DNA of 64,000 bases from Trypanosoma brucei (lineage: Eukaryota): contig CP000066.1 in the NCBI GenBank assembly GCA_000002445.1, forward strand, positions 672,001 through 736,000. The letters run 5' to 3'. The first letter of the stretch is position 1; each line of letters starts with the position of its first letter. Below, piece after piece: positions 20,701 through 30,573 of the stretch. The notes under the pieces are model-generated. The model did no database searches, had not been told where the DNA came from, and saw nothing but the letters and a program-made list of their open reading frames with translations. A program made the translations under genes and the position numbers.

Positions 20701-20772
20701 CGTTGCTGTTTTAGAGGTCGTTTCCAACAACTTTTCCGACAACGCGCAACAAACGTGATTTTGTGGATTCAT
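17701..20772 (-). CDS. 6-phosphofructo-2-kinase/fructose-2,6-bisphosphatase family protein with N-terminal ankyrin repeats. The phosphatase catalytic motif is degenerate, so it is probably a monofunctional PFK-2.
   Basis: The track start is TTG; the ATG is at 20772. Ankyrin repeats: NGCTPLHVAALGGNESVVRVLISFGADITAIDNTGRTPLDWAAENRH (DNA about 19650-19900). The PFK-2 P-loop VGLPGRGKSF is at about 19176-19205. In the FBPase-2 domain, IYIAVPGETVGDRKHIYGGDDRLTPLGEKFADALKRF aligns to canonical IYLCRHGESELN...GGDSGLS.RG..FA.ALRKF, with RHGES changed to VPGET (DNA 18538-18552). Confidence 0.85.
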   Translation of the reverse strand: MNPQNHVCCALSEKLLETTSKTATTATKIGGRGGEEGNEAAADSTDEGRRPPCEVISVTPGRRGKEEEVDAAEGRGGPMGVDVRRNPPSSQDSNEQEWVHIYGASPSHRSPSLRSSSHASPFLASGAASSVGGCGVSEFGASLLGNLGHATSGDSDGVSVASSQQLGMCKRGRFMSLPLESCVRNVGRGLRSKGEVLLPIDKMPHHSRCLSCPEEDMCKFDERRASPSCCHKRKGLLLPQLSIPDPNDPLAAREKCRNALIAELQRRKGFLQVQLGWLQREVSAWNIFALVRACNSSELHYLLERKLVDVNQRDYNGCTPLHVAALGGNESVVRVLISFGADITAIDNTGRTPLDWAAENRHSGVCRLLVAVTKHAQMKKEQRHHHVHSSRGNGSISPNYHGTPTCGAAATEGPSCGGNSPAMPSISLPSCKKGSASQSTVKDTKGTRGWGSKAPLAVSPGDSVLFSALPPDMVAQYRARDCLNRVRDQGAEGRLPNAVDDIANMSSSYTTVSDAVSLIVCMVGLPGRGKSFIGRRIARYLNWKGVPCRVFNVGNYRRRLLGVEGTCSADFYDPQNLQAKQMRDKVATLAFGDLIHFIAHHRVACGVFDATNTTKARRKYLLECLQQEAKKHNINCRVIFIESVCNDLNLITENILRAKCGNDDFKNVKDAGEVISAFYSRIAEYEKVYEQLDADEGISFIRIINAKHHVILHKIPCGLASLISFFLLNLHPVAHPIYIAVPGETVGDRKHIYGGDDRLTPLGEKFADALKRFILERDAPNMVVLHGTNPNVMNTLRPLEQALEPDSSDDGSSFPRGARGCGGFCVPLAELLCPLPGLDRINFGRFCGRTVKQVRIRYSKLCKLLYAGSPMGSGSYIAADDEVADPGKEKAQQEEPPLLGTAECASDAANICAEGLRRFLHVPNGADPRLSYCVQFPNGESCRQVNVRLEPALMAVMRVRGPVFVVASSVPAQGVLAFFADALPEMAPALRLPSHAVVEISVKGDITVHQLVKPCDRPLQPSE

Positions 20773-21755
20773 CAACGTTTTCTTTACTTTGCTTTAATAT
20801 TGTTGTTATTACTGCTGTTATTTGTTATCCCCCACTCTTCAGTTCTGCCCTTACAGAGCCCGCTGTCCTTACGCGACTATTGTTTTCGGAACTATGCGGT
20901 ACCTCTTCCTCTCCTCTTTTACTTTCTTTATTTTATTTTTATTTCCTTCGCTCCGCGTATAGGGGAATATTATGGGGCAATAAAAATAACAACTGTTATT
21001 AATAACTAATAACTAACAATAATAATGACTGGTAACTTGATAAGACACGCCGTTCCTTGACCTGCTATTTTTCCAGATTCTTCTCCCCTGGCTTAGCTTA
21101 ACACTTCTTTTCTTTACTTCAGAAGGGCAAAAAAAAAAAAAAGAACGCAGAAGAAATAAGTGGAATAACAATGATGTAAGCAGTGATTAATAGTAATGAG
21201 CGAAAAAAAAAAACCGTGGCACCGCACTAACCTGAAAGTATATTTAATTAACCTCGCCCCAAGTCGCTTCAATCAAACACCACCAACGTGATGAATAGGA
21301 GAAGGGAAAAAACAAATGAAGAGACGAAATGAAAGAAACATGTGCAGGCGCGCAAACATATTAATAACGCACGCGAACACTTATATTTAGGTGTTCATGT
21401 TTTACCTAAATTTTTGCTTATGCTTTCACGATCATTTGTACATATGTTTAAGATGGTAAACGTTGCGCGTGCTCAACTTAACAGCATTTTCTACAAAAAA
21501 ATAATAATAGTAGAAACACCAACAAAGAATGGCGTCACTTTTCTTTTCTTTTTTTTTAAAAAAAGGAAAACGCAGTGTCCCTCCTCCTTTTTTTTCGTGA
21601 GCGTACCTGAAAAAGGCGATTAAAAAAAAACAAAACAAAAATCTCAGTATAGACAATCGACATTAGTACGAAGTTCGCAAAAAAAACCAAAAAAATAATA
21701 TATATATATATATATACATATGTATGATCTTTTTCTTTAAAAAAAAGATCTAAAT

Positions 21756-23060
21756 TCATGAAAGGAAATAAACCTTCATTTCCTTGGAAGGTCTGAAAAG
21801 GTTACATAGCACCGCGAGTGACATAAGACCAGCTCGGACAGATATTACCGTCAACAAAACAATTCGCAGGCTCGCAGCATCCGCCGCAGCAACTTTTTGT
21901 AATTTCGCAGCATCCCACCCTTCTGTAAGAGCAATTTGCGCCACGGTGAGGGCCGTGCAAGTTATATACAACGGTACAATCGGCTTCAACAATAACATCC
22001 ACGGACTTTTAAGCGATACCTCAACTTCCCACGAAGCGGCAGCAGCAGCGTTAGGCGCAACATCACCTCCATGGGAAATGTCTTTGTGCTGTTGCAAGTG
22101 ACTTTGTGTTTTGACTCCTGCATTTGAATGCCTCACATCACACCGTAAGCCAGGAGCCACTACTGTTGCAGCATTGCTACACGTATCAACATGTGAAGTG
22201 ACGGGATTGCACGAAATGGGGAAACGCGCACCGTCAATAATACCCTCGCGACGGAACAAATGCTGAGGAAGAGGATTAATACCAGCGGGGCATCTATCAC
22301 TCACTTCCTCAGCGCACTGTTTATTTGCAAACCTCCATGCAAATGGCGTCAAGGAGGCAACTAAAAGTAAAATGAACAAGAACTGAAAAGCAGCACCCTC
22401 ATAACTGTGTGTGATGGCAATGTACAGAAGTAGTGAATCCTCCACCGATTCTTTCTCCCACGCTACAAAAATAATGAGCCACAAGAGTGAAAAGATGGAA
22501 GCGCCTGCGGTTAGCGAACTCATCGTCACCTCCATATGGTTCATGTATAAAAGCAGCACTTTGATTGCGTGGCGGTTTCCTTCCGCGGAATCAACTGGTT
22601 CGGGGAGATGTAAAGGCCGAGCTCCTATACCTGCGCTGTTATGTGTCTTAATTCTACATCCAATACATGACGACTGCGGCTGCGGCATTTCACGCATCAC
22701 ATCAGAGACAACGTCATCCCCCGTCAACTCTCCGCATTTGTTTTGCTCAACGACAGGCACGAACACATTGGGGCGCGATTCCAAAACAACGTGTTTCCGC
22801 TGCGGTGGGATCCCCCGCTGCAAATCACAATTACAGCCCTCACGAACAGCCTCTGGACTCTCCGGTTCAGCGAAGAGATTTATGCCAACGAACCCATCGT
22901 CAAACTCATCAACGTCTTGCACGTTCCCTGTAGAAATTCCACCATGTGTTGTGTTGTGAAGTCCCCGCTGGTGTCGCCTGCATGACGCGCGTGGTGTGTT
23001 GGCATGAGATGAAGGACAAGTTCCAAATGGGTCAACATATGAAGGAACTGACTTTTGCAT
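21756..23060 (-). CDS. Hypothetical multi-pass membrane protein of about 434 aa.
   Basis: The track start is TTG; the ATG is at 23060 (MQKSVPSYVDPFG...). Several hydrophobic helices (IFSLLWLIIFVAW, FQFLFILLLVASLTPFAW, LLLKPIVPLYITCTALTVAQIAL, IVLLTVISVRAGLMSLAVL). No family recognised. Confidence 0.55.
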   Translation of the reverse strand: MQKSVPSYVDPFGTCPSSHANTPRASCRRHQRGLHNTTHGGISTGNVQDVDEFDDGFVGINLFAEPESPEAVREGCNCDLQRGIPPQRKHVVLESRPNVFVPVVEQNKCGELTGDDVVSDVMREMPQPQSSCIGCRIKTHNSAGIGARPLHLPEPVDSAEGNRHAIKVLLLYMNHMEVTMSSLTAGASIFSLLWLIIFVAWEKESVEDSLLLYIAITHSYEGAAFQFLFILLLVASLTPFAWRFANKQCAEEVSDRCPAGINPLPQHLFRREGIIDGARFPISCNPVTSHVDTCSNAATVVAPGLRCDVRHSNAGVKTQSHLQQHKDISHGGDVAPNAAAAASWEVEVSLKSPWMLLLKPIVPLYITCTALTVAQIALTEGWDAAKLQKVAAADAASLRIVLLTVISVRAGLMSLAVLCNLFRPSKEMKVYFLS

Positions 23061-23722
23061 TGAGATTGCTCTTATCGTCACCAGTAATCCCTTTTGCCTT
23101 TGATTTTTTTTTAAAATGGAGCTTCTTCTCACAAATGTAATGACTTCCACCTCACCAAACTCACACAACGACGGTCTAGAAGACGAAGGGGGGAAATGAC
23201 GTTATAATGTGGGAAAAGATGTCTGTTTTCTTCGCGTTTTAATTTTATTTGGGGACCTTTGTATAAATTGCCTTAACAAACATTCATGAACACTAAATAA
23301 CCCCTGCAACACAAATTCTCAGTTGAAGAAGAGAAGATACGGAGGAAAAGAATAATACGAAAAACAAAAACTGATAAATTAAGTCAGTTCGGAACACATG
23401 CAAAGAAGATGTGAAAGCTTCTACTTGTACAACTAACAAAAGCAATTTCGTTATACAATGAAAAAACACAGCGGCAGGTGGAAAAAAAACATTCTTCTAG
23501 AGAAAAAGCAACAAGTCTATGCCCGATAGATCCTCTTCCTCCTACCCCCTTCGGTACTTAGAAGGCAGAAGAAGCAGAGGGAGATCGTACCCACAAGCGG
23601 GAAATGATCGTTGTATGGTAGAGAAGGAACCGGATTCCAACTCTGCTGCTCACTTATGATACGCAAACTGCTTAGCATTACACACACACGCACACACCCT
23701 TATCAACTCGCATGAATCTCCG

Positions 23723-26700
23723 TTACTTCCGCTTTGCCGGCCGCTTTCGCAGATCCTCTGGCACGTAATCACGCCTATGATCCAAAGGCTGTTCGTAGTT
23801 GAGATGCCGCCTTAGCGTTTCATGTAGATGTGTGGCTGGAGCCGTATCCTCCAAATGTTCAGATCCGCTTCCACTTGATGTTAATTTGGTGGTCTTCGCG
23901 GTGTTGGCGGATGTAGAGGTACTTTCCGTCTTTGTTGTTGATGTTCCCGCAGGTGACGATGGCTTCGGCATGTGATGGCGGTGCTGCTTACTCACGGGTT
24001 CCTGTTCAAGGTGAAAAGAGGAAGAGTACCGAGTTGTCTCGGTCGTCTTCGAAGACGAGCCTTCAGCATTGTGGAAATGCCGGTACACGTCACAGCAACC
24101 TTCTCCAAGCAGAGAAACAATGGGCCGGGCAGCGGCCGCAACATTGGCCGTTGGCACCGTACCACGGCGTCTAGTGAACTGTGGGGTTCCGCCCTCAGTG
24201 AGGCTGCTAGTGTGAGCTGAAGAGAGCCACGAAGAGGAATCAGCGGCATCTATTTCCATTAGCAGTCTCCTTCGAACATCCCGCTCCACTGGTTCAGTGG
24301 AATCCTCGTCATCGTCATCTGTCGTTGCTGTTGCCCTCCCGTCAGTCACAGCAATTCCGACACGTTGTTTGGGATACGTTGGTTGTCTCCCTTCAGCCGC
24401 CATACTCGCTTCCCGCAGCTTTTCCCCAAACGTCTTCTCCGTCTTTCGAGGGTCAAACTCACGCATCCACTCGAATATGAATTTTGTAATGGGGTCACGA
24501 ATTCCAGTTGAAGGTGCAGCTTTCGCCGGATCATCTCCCGCGGAGGCATAAGAAACATCAGCTGGAGCAGCAGGAAGAGAGTGGCTTCGCTCCACCCTTG
24601 TGTGCCTAACCACCTCAGACATCACAGGAGACTGCCTCTGAGCCGCCAACCTCTCATTCAGCATGCTTTCCAAAATATGTTGCTGTTGTTTCTTCTCCCT
24701 CTCCACACGGACGATGTGCTCGTGCTCCCAATCCCACATCATCACAAATGAATACCGCATCATCTCTTCTTGCTCACACACCAACTGCCGGCGATGGTAC
24801 TCGCCCTCCTCACACAAACGACGTGCCTCAGCGAGCTGCTCCTCATGGATGGCCCTGTGGACAAGTTGAGGCTCTCCGGATACTGGGAGATGTGGAGGGA
24901 CGGATGAAATGGGGAGTAGAAGTGGCAGGGGCGGAACCGTTTCTTCCGGAACATTCGGCGCCGGTATCTCTTGTCGCAGCGGTGGGACATCTAAAACCGC
25001 GACTTGCGTAACAGTGCCACCGAGTCCACTAGACTGCAAATCAGGAAGTTCAAGCCGTGGTAAAGTCTCCTCAGTTGAGCATGGTAGCCGCGGGTCTTCA
25101 GTCATGGGACCCGGACCCTCTGTCATTTGGCGCCACTGCTGCATCCCTTCGTGTAACTGCTCTGCTGCTTGCGGCAGCAGCCGCGCAGTGGTTAGAAGTT
25201 GAGTTACCGGTGCCACATCGAGGACGATTCTGATCGTGTTACCCCCAACCGCCCCATCAGAGATGACCGCGGGATCCCCGATAGCACCTTCCACTGCCAC
25301 AGCAACATTGGAAAGCGTCGCGGCTGATGGGGTTACAAAATCGCCACCGGTAACTCCGCCTACGTCTTGTTGTTGTTTCAGCTGCGGCTGCAAATGAGCA
25401 CTAGTAGTCTCTATCTCTGCTGACGGTGACCGAAGTGGATCATCACCCGCTCGGATGATTTCATGAACCCACTGCGGGCTTTCCTGTGTCATTACGCCTT
25501 CCAACTGAGCATGCGCTGAATGAAGCGAAGGAGATCCCACACTGGGTGTTGCTTCTGCCTTTCCTTCTTGGGCGCTTTCATCATTCCTGATGCCACATTC
25601 CTCTTCAACAGAGTCTTTTTCGGCACCTTCCACCGCATCCGCGATGACCCTTACCAACTCCTCTTGAATGTGGTGCAGTAGTGTTTCCTCCCGGCTCACA
25701 CTTTCAAATGCAGGAGCACCGAAAGAACCGTAACGGTTCCTTAAACCTTTCACAGTTTCTGCCATTTGTAGTTGTGTTATGTCACCTGGTTCTTCGTCAG
25801 AGGCAGCCCTATCATTCTCCAGAATTCTATGGATTTCAGCTCTCACAATGTCACTTTCGAGAAGCTGCATCAGTTCGCCAAATAGGTCTCCCTCAACTCC
25901 TTCTTCAATGACACAGCGAATCACGTCGCTAGAAATGAGTTCACATAGCCGCCGCTCAAACCTCTCCCCCACGCCTTCTTCGAAGGAAGTGGACGGTTCA
26001 CCGAATTTCCGTTTGTTGCCACCAATCGAGAGCTCCTTAATACGCTCTAAACGACGCCTTGCCTCCAGCAGCGACTGCGCCTCAACAGCGCGCAGCTCAG
26101 CTCGACGGCGCGGAGTTAACTCATCGCGCTCAACACCGTAGAAGTAGGCATCACACGGCCGCTCAAGTCCTCCTTCAACATTGTTTGTAGGAGGTGGTAC
26201 GTGAAGATTAACATCAAAGGCATTTTGGACCATCCGCTTCCGGGCCAACTCGTCTGGGGTGAGATTGTCGCCGAGCAAAACAACGCTGCGCATAAACATC
26301 GCTTCCGCCTCACGCCGACCACAGCCACGGCTGTCACCAATGGCGGCAGCAGCTGCGGCGTCCTCAAACGTACGTGTTAAACCACCCTCGAGCCTAACAG
26401 TATCCGGTAGGTCGTCTCGGAATGAAGGAAAAGATGAAGCGAGGGCAATTTCTTCGGTATTCTCAAATCCACGGGCTCTATTAATCTGTGCGTTCTTGAC
26501 ATCAAACGCATAAGAAGGCACAACAGATCCGATATTCTCTTGAGTGGCACTTAGGGAAGGCTGTGAACCGTTACCTCGTGGGGATGCAGCGCTGTTCCTC
26601 TTGGACTGCGACGCAGAAGTGGCACGGCCCTTTGCCGTTCCACCCGATGATAGCCCACTTCCACGCTTAACGGCTACACCTCTCATTTTCGCTGAGGCCG

Positions 26701-28807
26701 GCAACGACCCGCTTGCCCTTCGGTCTTTAGAGACGGAGCCACGCTTCCCAGATTCAGGGTCACAAAAATCCTTCGCGGCCTCCCCTCCTTCATCATCAGA
26801 AAGAACCACAACCTCTTCCGTTCGTGCCTTCCCGCCAGCTTGAGGTGAGGGGCTGGGAGAAGTTGTGGTGGCCCCTTCACCTTCCCCTGGAAGGAGCACA
26901 ACCTTGAAGGGCCCCTTCGTTGTTGACTGGGCCCCCTCACCCCCGCTGGGCTCAGCAGAAGTCCCCGGTTTGTTTCTAGCGACGCTCTTTTCGGGTGGCT
27001 GCCTTCTTCCCACCTTTCGCGCAGGCAAGCCACCGCGCCGGGCCTTTGATGGCTGATTACGACCTTGGAAAGGTGAAACTTTGCTCACAGGGGTCCGCGT
27101 GCCCGTTTCGCACAGCACCTTGGACACCATTTGCTGCATCGCGCGCTGTTGCTGTAACTGCGATGCATGCTGCATTCGTTGTTGACGCACTTCCTGAGCC
27201 GCAATGATACGCTTAGTCTCTTCAGCGTTCACCCGCTGTTGGTTCATCGTGAAATTGTGCATAGCCTCCGCCGCGGCCTTCTTCTCCCTTTCAAAGGCAT
27301 CCTTCTGATTCTGCACGAGTTCCGTCCACGCCCGACGCTCGTCACGCAAAATACGTTCGTATTGTTGGTGAACCCGCTGCAGCTCCTCCTTTATTACGTG
27401 AGGGGGAGGGATGGGTCGCGGGGGGGGAATCGGGGGCTCAGGCTGATTAGACATAATTGTGATAACGGGCGGAATCGATCGTTGCGGGCTTCGACGTAGT
27501 TGCTGGTGTTGCTGCTGCTCCGTTCGCTGAACCATTCCTGTGGTATGATGCAGCTCTGGTACTTGCATGGCTTCTGGAACGTACAAATTGAACAGTGGAT
27601 CGGGACGCGGTGCCATAAGACGCCTCCGCGCCGCCTCCTGTTGCTCCTTTGAGTGTCTTCGAAGGCTTTCCTCCTGCGCTGCGGATAGTCGCTCGAGCAG
27701 TCGGCGCTGGTCCTGAAGCTCCTCTATCAGTTCCCTGGGTATCGTTGGTAAGGATCCAGCTACAAGCCTCGCCAACTCCTCTACTGACGGCGGCTTCGCC
27801 TTCGCGGCACGAGGCGGCGGTGACACAACCGGTGGCGCGGCCTCCCCTCGCACCGCGCTGCCCTTTTTCCCAGTAAAAACGGGTATCTCATTTTTAGGAC
27901 AGTGAATCCGCTGGGCCTCCTGACAGCGATGGATGCACGCCACAACGTCTGGACGATCTGACTGTACACTATAATCAAGAAGCCGCATCGCCTCTTTCAC
28001 ACTTTCAGAGTCGGGAAAGATGTCCCGAAGGTTGTCACTAGATGTGCCTCGTTGCTGCGCTTCCAGCAGCAATACGTCGTTGCCCCGTGCAGCCGCAGAA
28101 CCGTGAAGTATCGGCGCCACATAACGGTCCGGATCAAAGTCGGATTCTCCAGCTGAAGACGAGGAGTCCTCAACGCCAGAGCCTGCTTCATGGATGCCTA
28201 TGATGCTGTGAGCCTTGCGCACACGACGGCCCTGCCTGTTTTTGATTCTCTCCATACGAAGTTTCAGCCTTCCGAGATCGTCAAGGATAGCCTCCGGGGA
28301 ATCGTGATCGGGCGCGTTGCCCAAAGGAGGTGACAAGAGACGAGATGGCGTGAGCACTTCCTTTTCAGTAAGCAACGCCTCATCATCTCCCCGCAGCTTT
28401 TCCTCACGCGCGACCTCCCGCCAAATATCATTTATTCGATAGGTATCTGGATGTATCGTTTGACCCTTCAGCTCTTCCCGTGTGCGGTGAAGAGAATCCT
28501 TCCAATGAGACTGGAACTCACGTTCGGCCGTCTCGTCGTCCACATCGTCGTGGTCATGGCCTGCTGTGAAACTGCCATCGCCATCAGAGAAGACAAGACC
28601 GGCATCAGACTGCAAATGCCCATCTGCATCAGCCATCATTTCGAAGCTGTGAAACTCTTGCAGCACCTCACGCCTTGAGGCAGCTGCCGTCTCGGACACC
28701 GCGCCACGGACGAGACTGGGAACAGTAGTGGCAACACTCGTGGAGGGCCTCATGCGCTTGTAAAGGAGTGTGGGTTTTTCGGTTCGTATGGGAATTGTGA
28801 GAGACAT
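23723..28807 (-). CDS. Large hypothetical protein, 1694 aa, with Gln/Glu/Arg-rich coiled-coil and Pro-rich segments.
   Basis: ATG confirmed at 28807. Uninterrupted 5.1 kb ORF. Coiled-coil-like region ERILRDERRAWTELVQNQKDAFEREKKAAAEAMHNF...QQRAMQQ, and a proline-rich stretch PPIPPPRPIPPP. No enzymatic motif seen. Confidence 0.7.
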   Translation of the reverse strand: MSLTIPIRTEKPTLLYKRMRPSTSVATTVPSLVRGAVSETAAASRREVLQEFHSFEMMADADGHLQSDAGLVFSDGDGSFTAGHDHDDVDDETAEREFQSHWKDSLHRTREELKGQTIHPDTYRINDIWREVAREEKLRGDDEALLTEKEVLTPSRLLSPPLGNAPDHDSPEAILDDLGRLKLRMERIKNRQGRRVRKAHSIIGIHEAGSGVEDSSSSAGESDFDPDRYVAPILHGSAAARGNDVLLLEAQQRGTSSDNLRDIFPDSESVKEAMRLLDYSVQSDRPDVVACIHRCQEAQRIHCPKNEIPVFTGKKGSAVRGEAAPPVVSPPPRAAKAKPPSVEELARLVAGSLPTIPRELIEELQDQRRLLERLSAAQEESLRRHSKEQQEAARRRLMAPRPDPLFNLYVPEAMQVPELHHTTGMVQRTEQQQHQQLRRSPQRSIPPVITIMSNQPEPPIPPPRPIPPPHVIKEELQRVHQQYERILRDERRAWTELVQNQKDAFEREKKAAAEAMHNFTMNQQRVNAEETKRIIAAQEVRQQRMQHASQLQQQRAMQQMVSKVLCETGTRTPVSKVSPFQGRNQPSKARRGGLPARKVGRRQPPEKSVARNKPGTSAEPSGGEGAQSTTKGPFKVVLLPGEGEGATTTSPSPSPQAGGKARTEEVVVLSDDEGGEAAKDFCDPESGKRGSVSKDRRASGSLPASAKMRGVAVKRGSGLSSGGTAKGRATSASQSKRNSAASPRGNGSQPSLSATQENIGSVVPSYAFDVKNAQINRARGFENTEEIALASSFPSFRDDLPDTVRLEGGLTRTFEDAAAAAAIGDSRGCGRREAEAMFMRSVVLLGDNLTPDELARKRMVQNAFDVNLHVPPPTNNVEGGLERPCDAYFYGVERDELTPRRRAELRAVEAQSLLEARRRLERIKELSIGGNKRKFGEPSTSFEEGVGERFERRLCELISSDVIRCVIEEGVEGDLFGELMQLLESDIVRAEIHRILENDRAASDEEPGDITQLQMAETVKGLRNRYGSFGAPAFESVSREETLLHHIQEELVRVIADAVEGAEKDSVEEECGIRNDESAQEGKAEATPSVGSPSLHSAHAQLEGVMTQESPQWVHEIIRAGDDPLRSPSAEIETTSAHLQPQLKQQQDVGGVTGGDFVTPSAATLSNVAVAVEGAIGDPAVISDGAVGGNTIRIVLDVAPVTQLLTTARLLPQAAEQLHEGMQQWRQMTEGPGPMTEDPRLPCSTEETLPRLELPDLQSSGLGGTVTQVAVLDVPPLRQEIPAPNVPEETVPPLPLLLPISSVPPHLPVSGEPQLVHRAIHEEQLAEARRLCEEGEYHRRQLVCEQEEMMRYSFVMMWDWEHEHIVRVEREKKQQQHILESMLNERLAAQRQSPVMSEVVRHTRVERSHSLPAAPADVSYASAGDDPAKAAPSTGIRDPITKFIFEWMREFDPRKTEKTFGEKLREASMAAEGRQPTYPKQRVGIAVTDGRATATTDDDDEDSTEPVERDVRRRLLMEIDAADSSSWLSSAHTSSLTEGGTPQFTRRRGTVPTANVAAAARPIVSLLGEGCCDVYRHFHNAEGSSSKTTETTRYSSSFHLEQEPVSKQHRHHMPKPSSPAGTSTTKTESTSTSANTAKTTKLTSSGSGSEHLEDTAPATHLHETLRRHLNYEQPLDHRRDYVPEDLRKRPAKRK

Positions 28808-29652
28808 TGCAGCAAAAAGTTACGGCAACGTTTCCCGGCAGTAACCTTTCCTTGGTTTACTAGTTGTCACCGCCTTATGTTGATAAACAGGGATTGTTTT
28901 CCCGCCTGGTCCCTTACTGTTCACGCTTGCACGTGGCTTCCGTGGAAACTATATGCCAGTGACGGAGGAATGAGCGGTCCGAACAAATTGCAGAAGCCCG
29001 TTCACACCACTGGGTGCCTTTCCGGCCCCTCTCCTACTCGAAGTTGGCTGATTACAATTTCCTTTCCTCTTTTGTTCATTGTGTTCCAAAACCACATGAC
29101 GCATGCAGATGTGTAAGAATTGACAGATTTGTTGTGGTGTGACAAAAATAAACAAGAAACAGTTATCTGAAAGGAAATTAACGACGTTAGCATATGGTCC
29201 TTGTGAATAAAAATACAAGAAAAAAACTAACAAAGTTATCCTTTTAACGTTAAAAGGGTCAAATCGAAAGCAAGGGCGGGCACACAGCCTGTTTCTTTTT
29301 TATTGTGTGTGGATGCTGCTGGAACCCTTAAACAGAAAAAAAAATAAGCAGAAACAACGAAAAACGCCCCGAGACCCAAATGTGCAGTGGTTCGCTCAAC
29401 CATTATATTCGCCTCAGCAGCTGGAGTTTTCACTACAACGCACTCCTTCGCCCCCTGCTAAGGTAAGTGTTAGATTGAAAAGAATAGAGGTGGAGCACCG
29501 CTCAAATCGTACGGTTTCCATGGCGCTGCGCCACTGGAACGGTGCAGGAGTACCACACAATCTACCTCCAAAAGTGATGAGGGAAGCTACTGCCATCATT
29601 CCGAACGTGACACAGGTGCTTGAGCTCATAGCCCCAGCCACGATCCTCTCCA

Positions 29653-30573
29653 TTAACGATCTAAGAACCATTTTTCCCAGAATGTGCGGGCTGTATCCTC
29701 TACTGCCAGTTCAAAGACTTCAACATGACACTTGTCAGCCTCTTTCTCCAGTGATGTCTCCTTGTGCCGGCGACAAATCGGATCGTTGTATCGCACAATA
29801 AAAGTGAGGTCCTCATTGAACCCAGAAGTGTCAGCTTCACCTGTACTATTTTTGACTCCCACTGTCTCTAGAAGGGGTAGCCGCTCATCTACACGATGTT
29901 CCTCCTCCCTGCATGCCAGCCTGTGCTGCATCCATCGTCCCTGATACACGACAGCTCGGTCAAGATCGAAGTTTCCGTACCGTCGCACCAGGGGATCCAA
30001 CACCACAGAGAAAGATTTGGGCGTCTTAACTATGTCATCCAGCTTGAGACAATGCATGAGGAGCCGATTATCTCCTCGAGGGTCAAAGCGAAACCGACCA
30101 AATGCATCTCGCTCCAGCAACAAACATTCCTTCACAAAAGCCTCCACAGGTGCTTCACATGGGTGAAGTCTTTCACCAGTCACAACGTCTCGAGGAAGGG
30201 CCTCAAACCGCAGCGTCGTATGCTGCAAAAGATGATCCGTACGTACGTCACTCGCAATAAGGGTGCGTAACAGAGCCGCAGCTCCCACCTCTGGGCTACC
30301 GCTTATACTCATCAACTGCACATAGTAACCACAGATGGCATAGAGCTCATACGCGAGAAGTCGTGACAATGGATCATGCCTTATAGCCGCATAGAGATGG
30401 GATTCGGGTTGTTGCCTTCTCCATGCAAGGTCCATGTCCAGCAGCAGCCGATGCGCTTCCATCTCTGCCTCCTCAAAAAGCGCACGAAGATCCCGCTGCG
30501 GTGATTGTCCCTCAAGCATCCGCTGAAACCCTTCAGCCAGCAACATTCGTGGCAGGGCCGGTAGCGGCACCAT
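29653..30573 (-). CDS. Hypothetical protein of about 306 aa. The start is uncertain.
   Basis: The track ORF (to 30669) starts with TTG. The first in-frame ATG is at 30573 (MVPLPALPRMLLAEGF...). The 32 codons upstream still look coding-like. An out-of-frame ATG lies at 30678-30680, so a frameshift or an N-terminal extension is possible. Confidence 0.5.
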   Translation of the reverse strand: MVPLPALPRMLLAEGFQRMLEGQSPQRDLRALFEEAEMEAHRLLLDMDLAWRRQQPESHLYAAIRHDPLSRLLAYELYAICGYYVQLMSISGSPEVGAAALLRTLIASDVRTDHLLQHTTLRFEALPRDVVTGERLHPCEAPVEAFVKECLLLERDAFGRFRFDPRGDNRLLMHCLKLDDIVKTPKSFSVVLDPLVRRYGNFDLDRAVVYQGRWMQHRLACREEEHRVDERLPLLETVGVKNSTGEADTSGFNEDLTFIVRYNDPICRRHKETSLEKEADKCHVEVFELAVEDTARTFWEKWFLDR

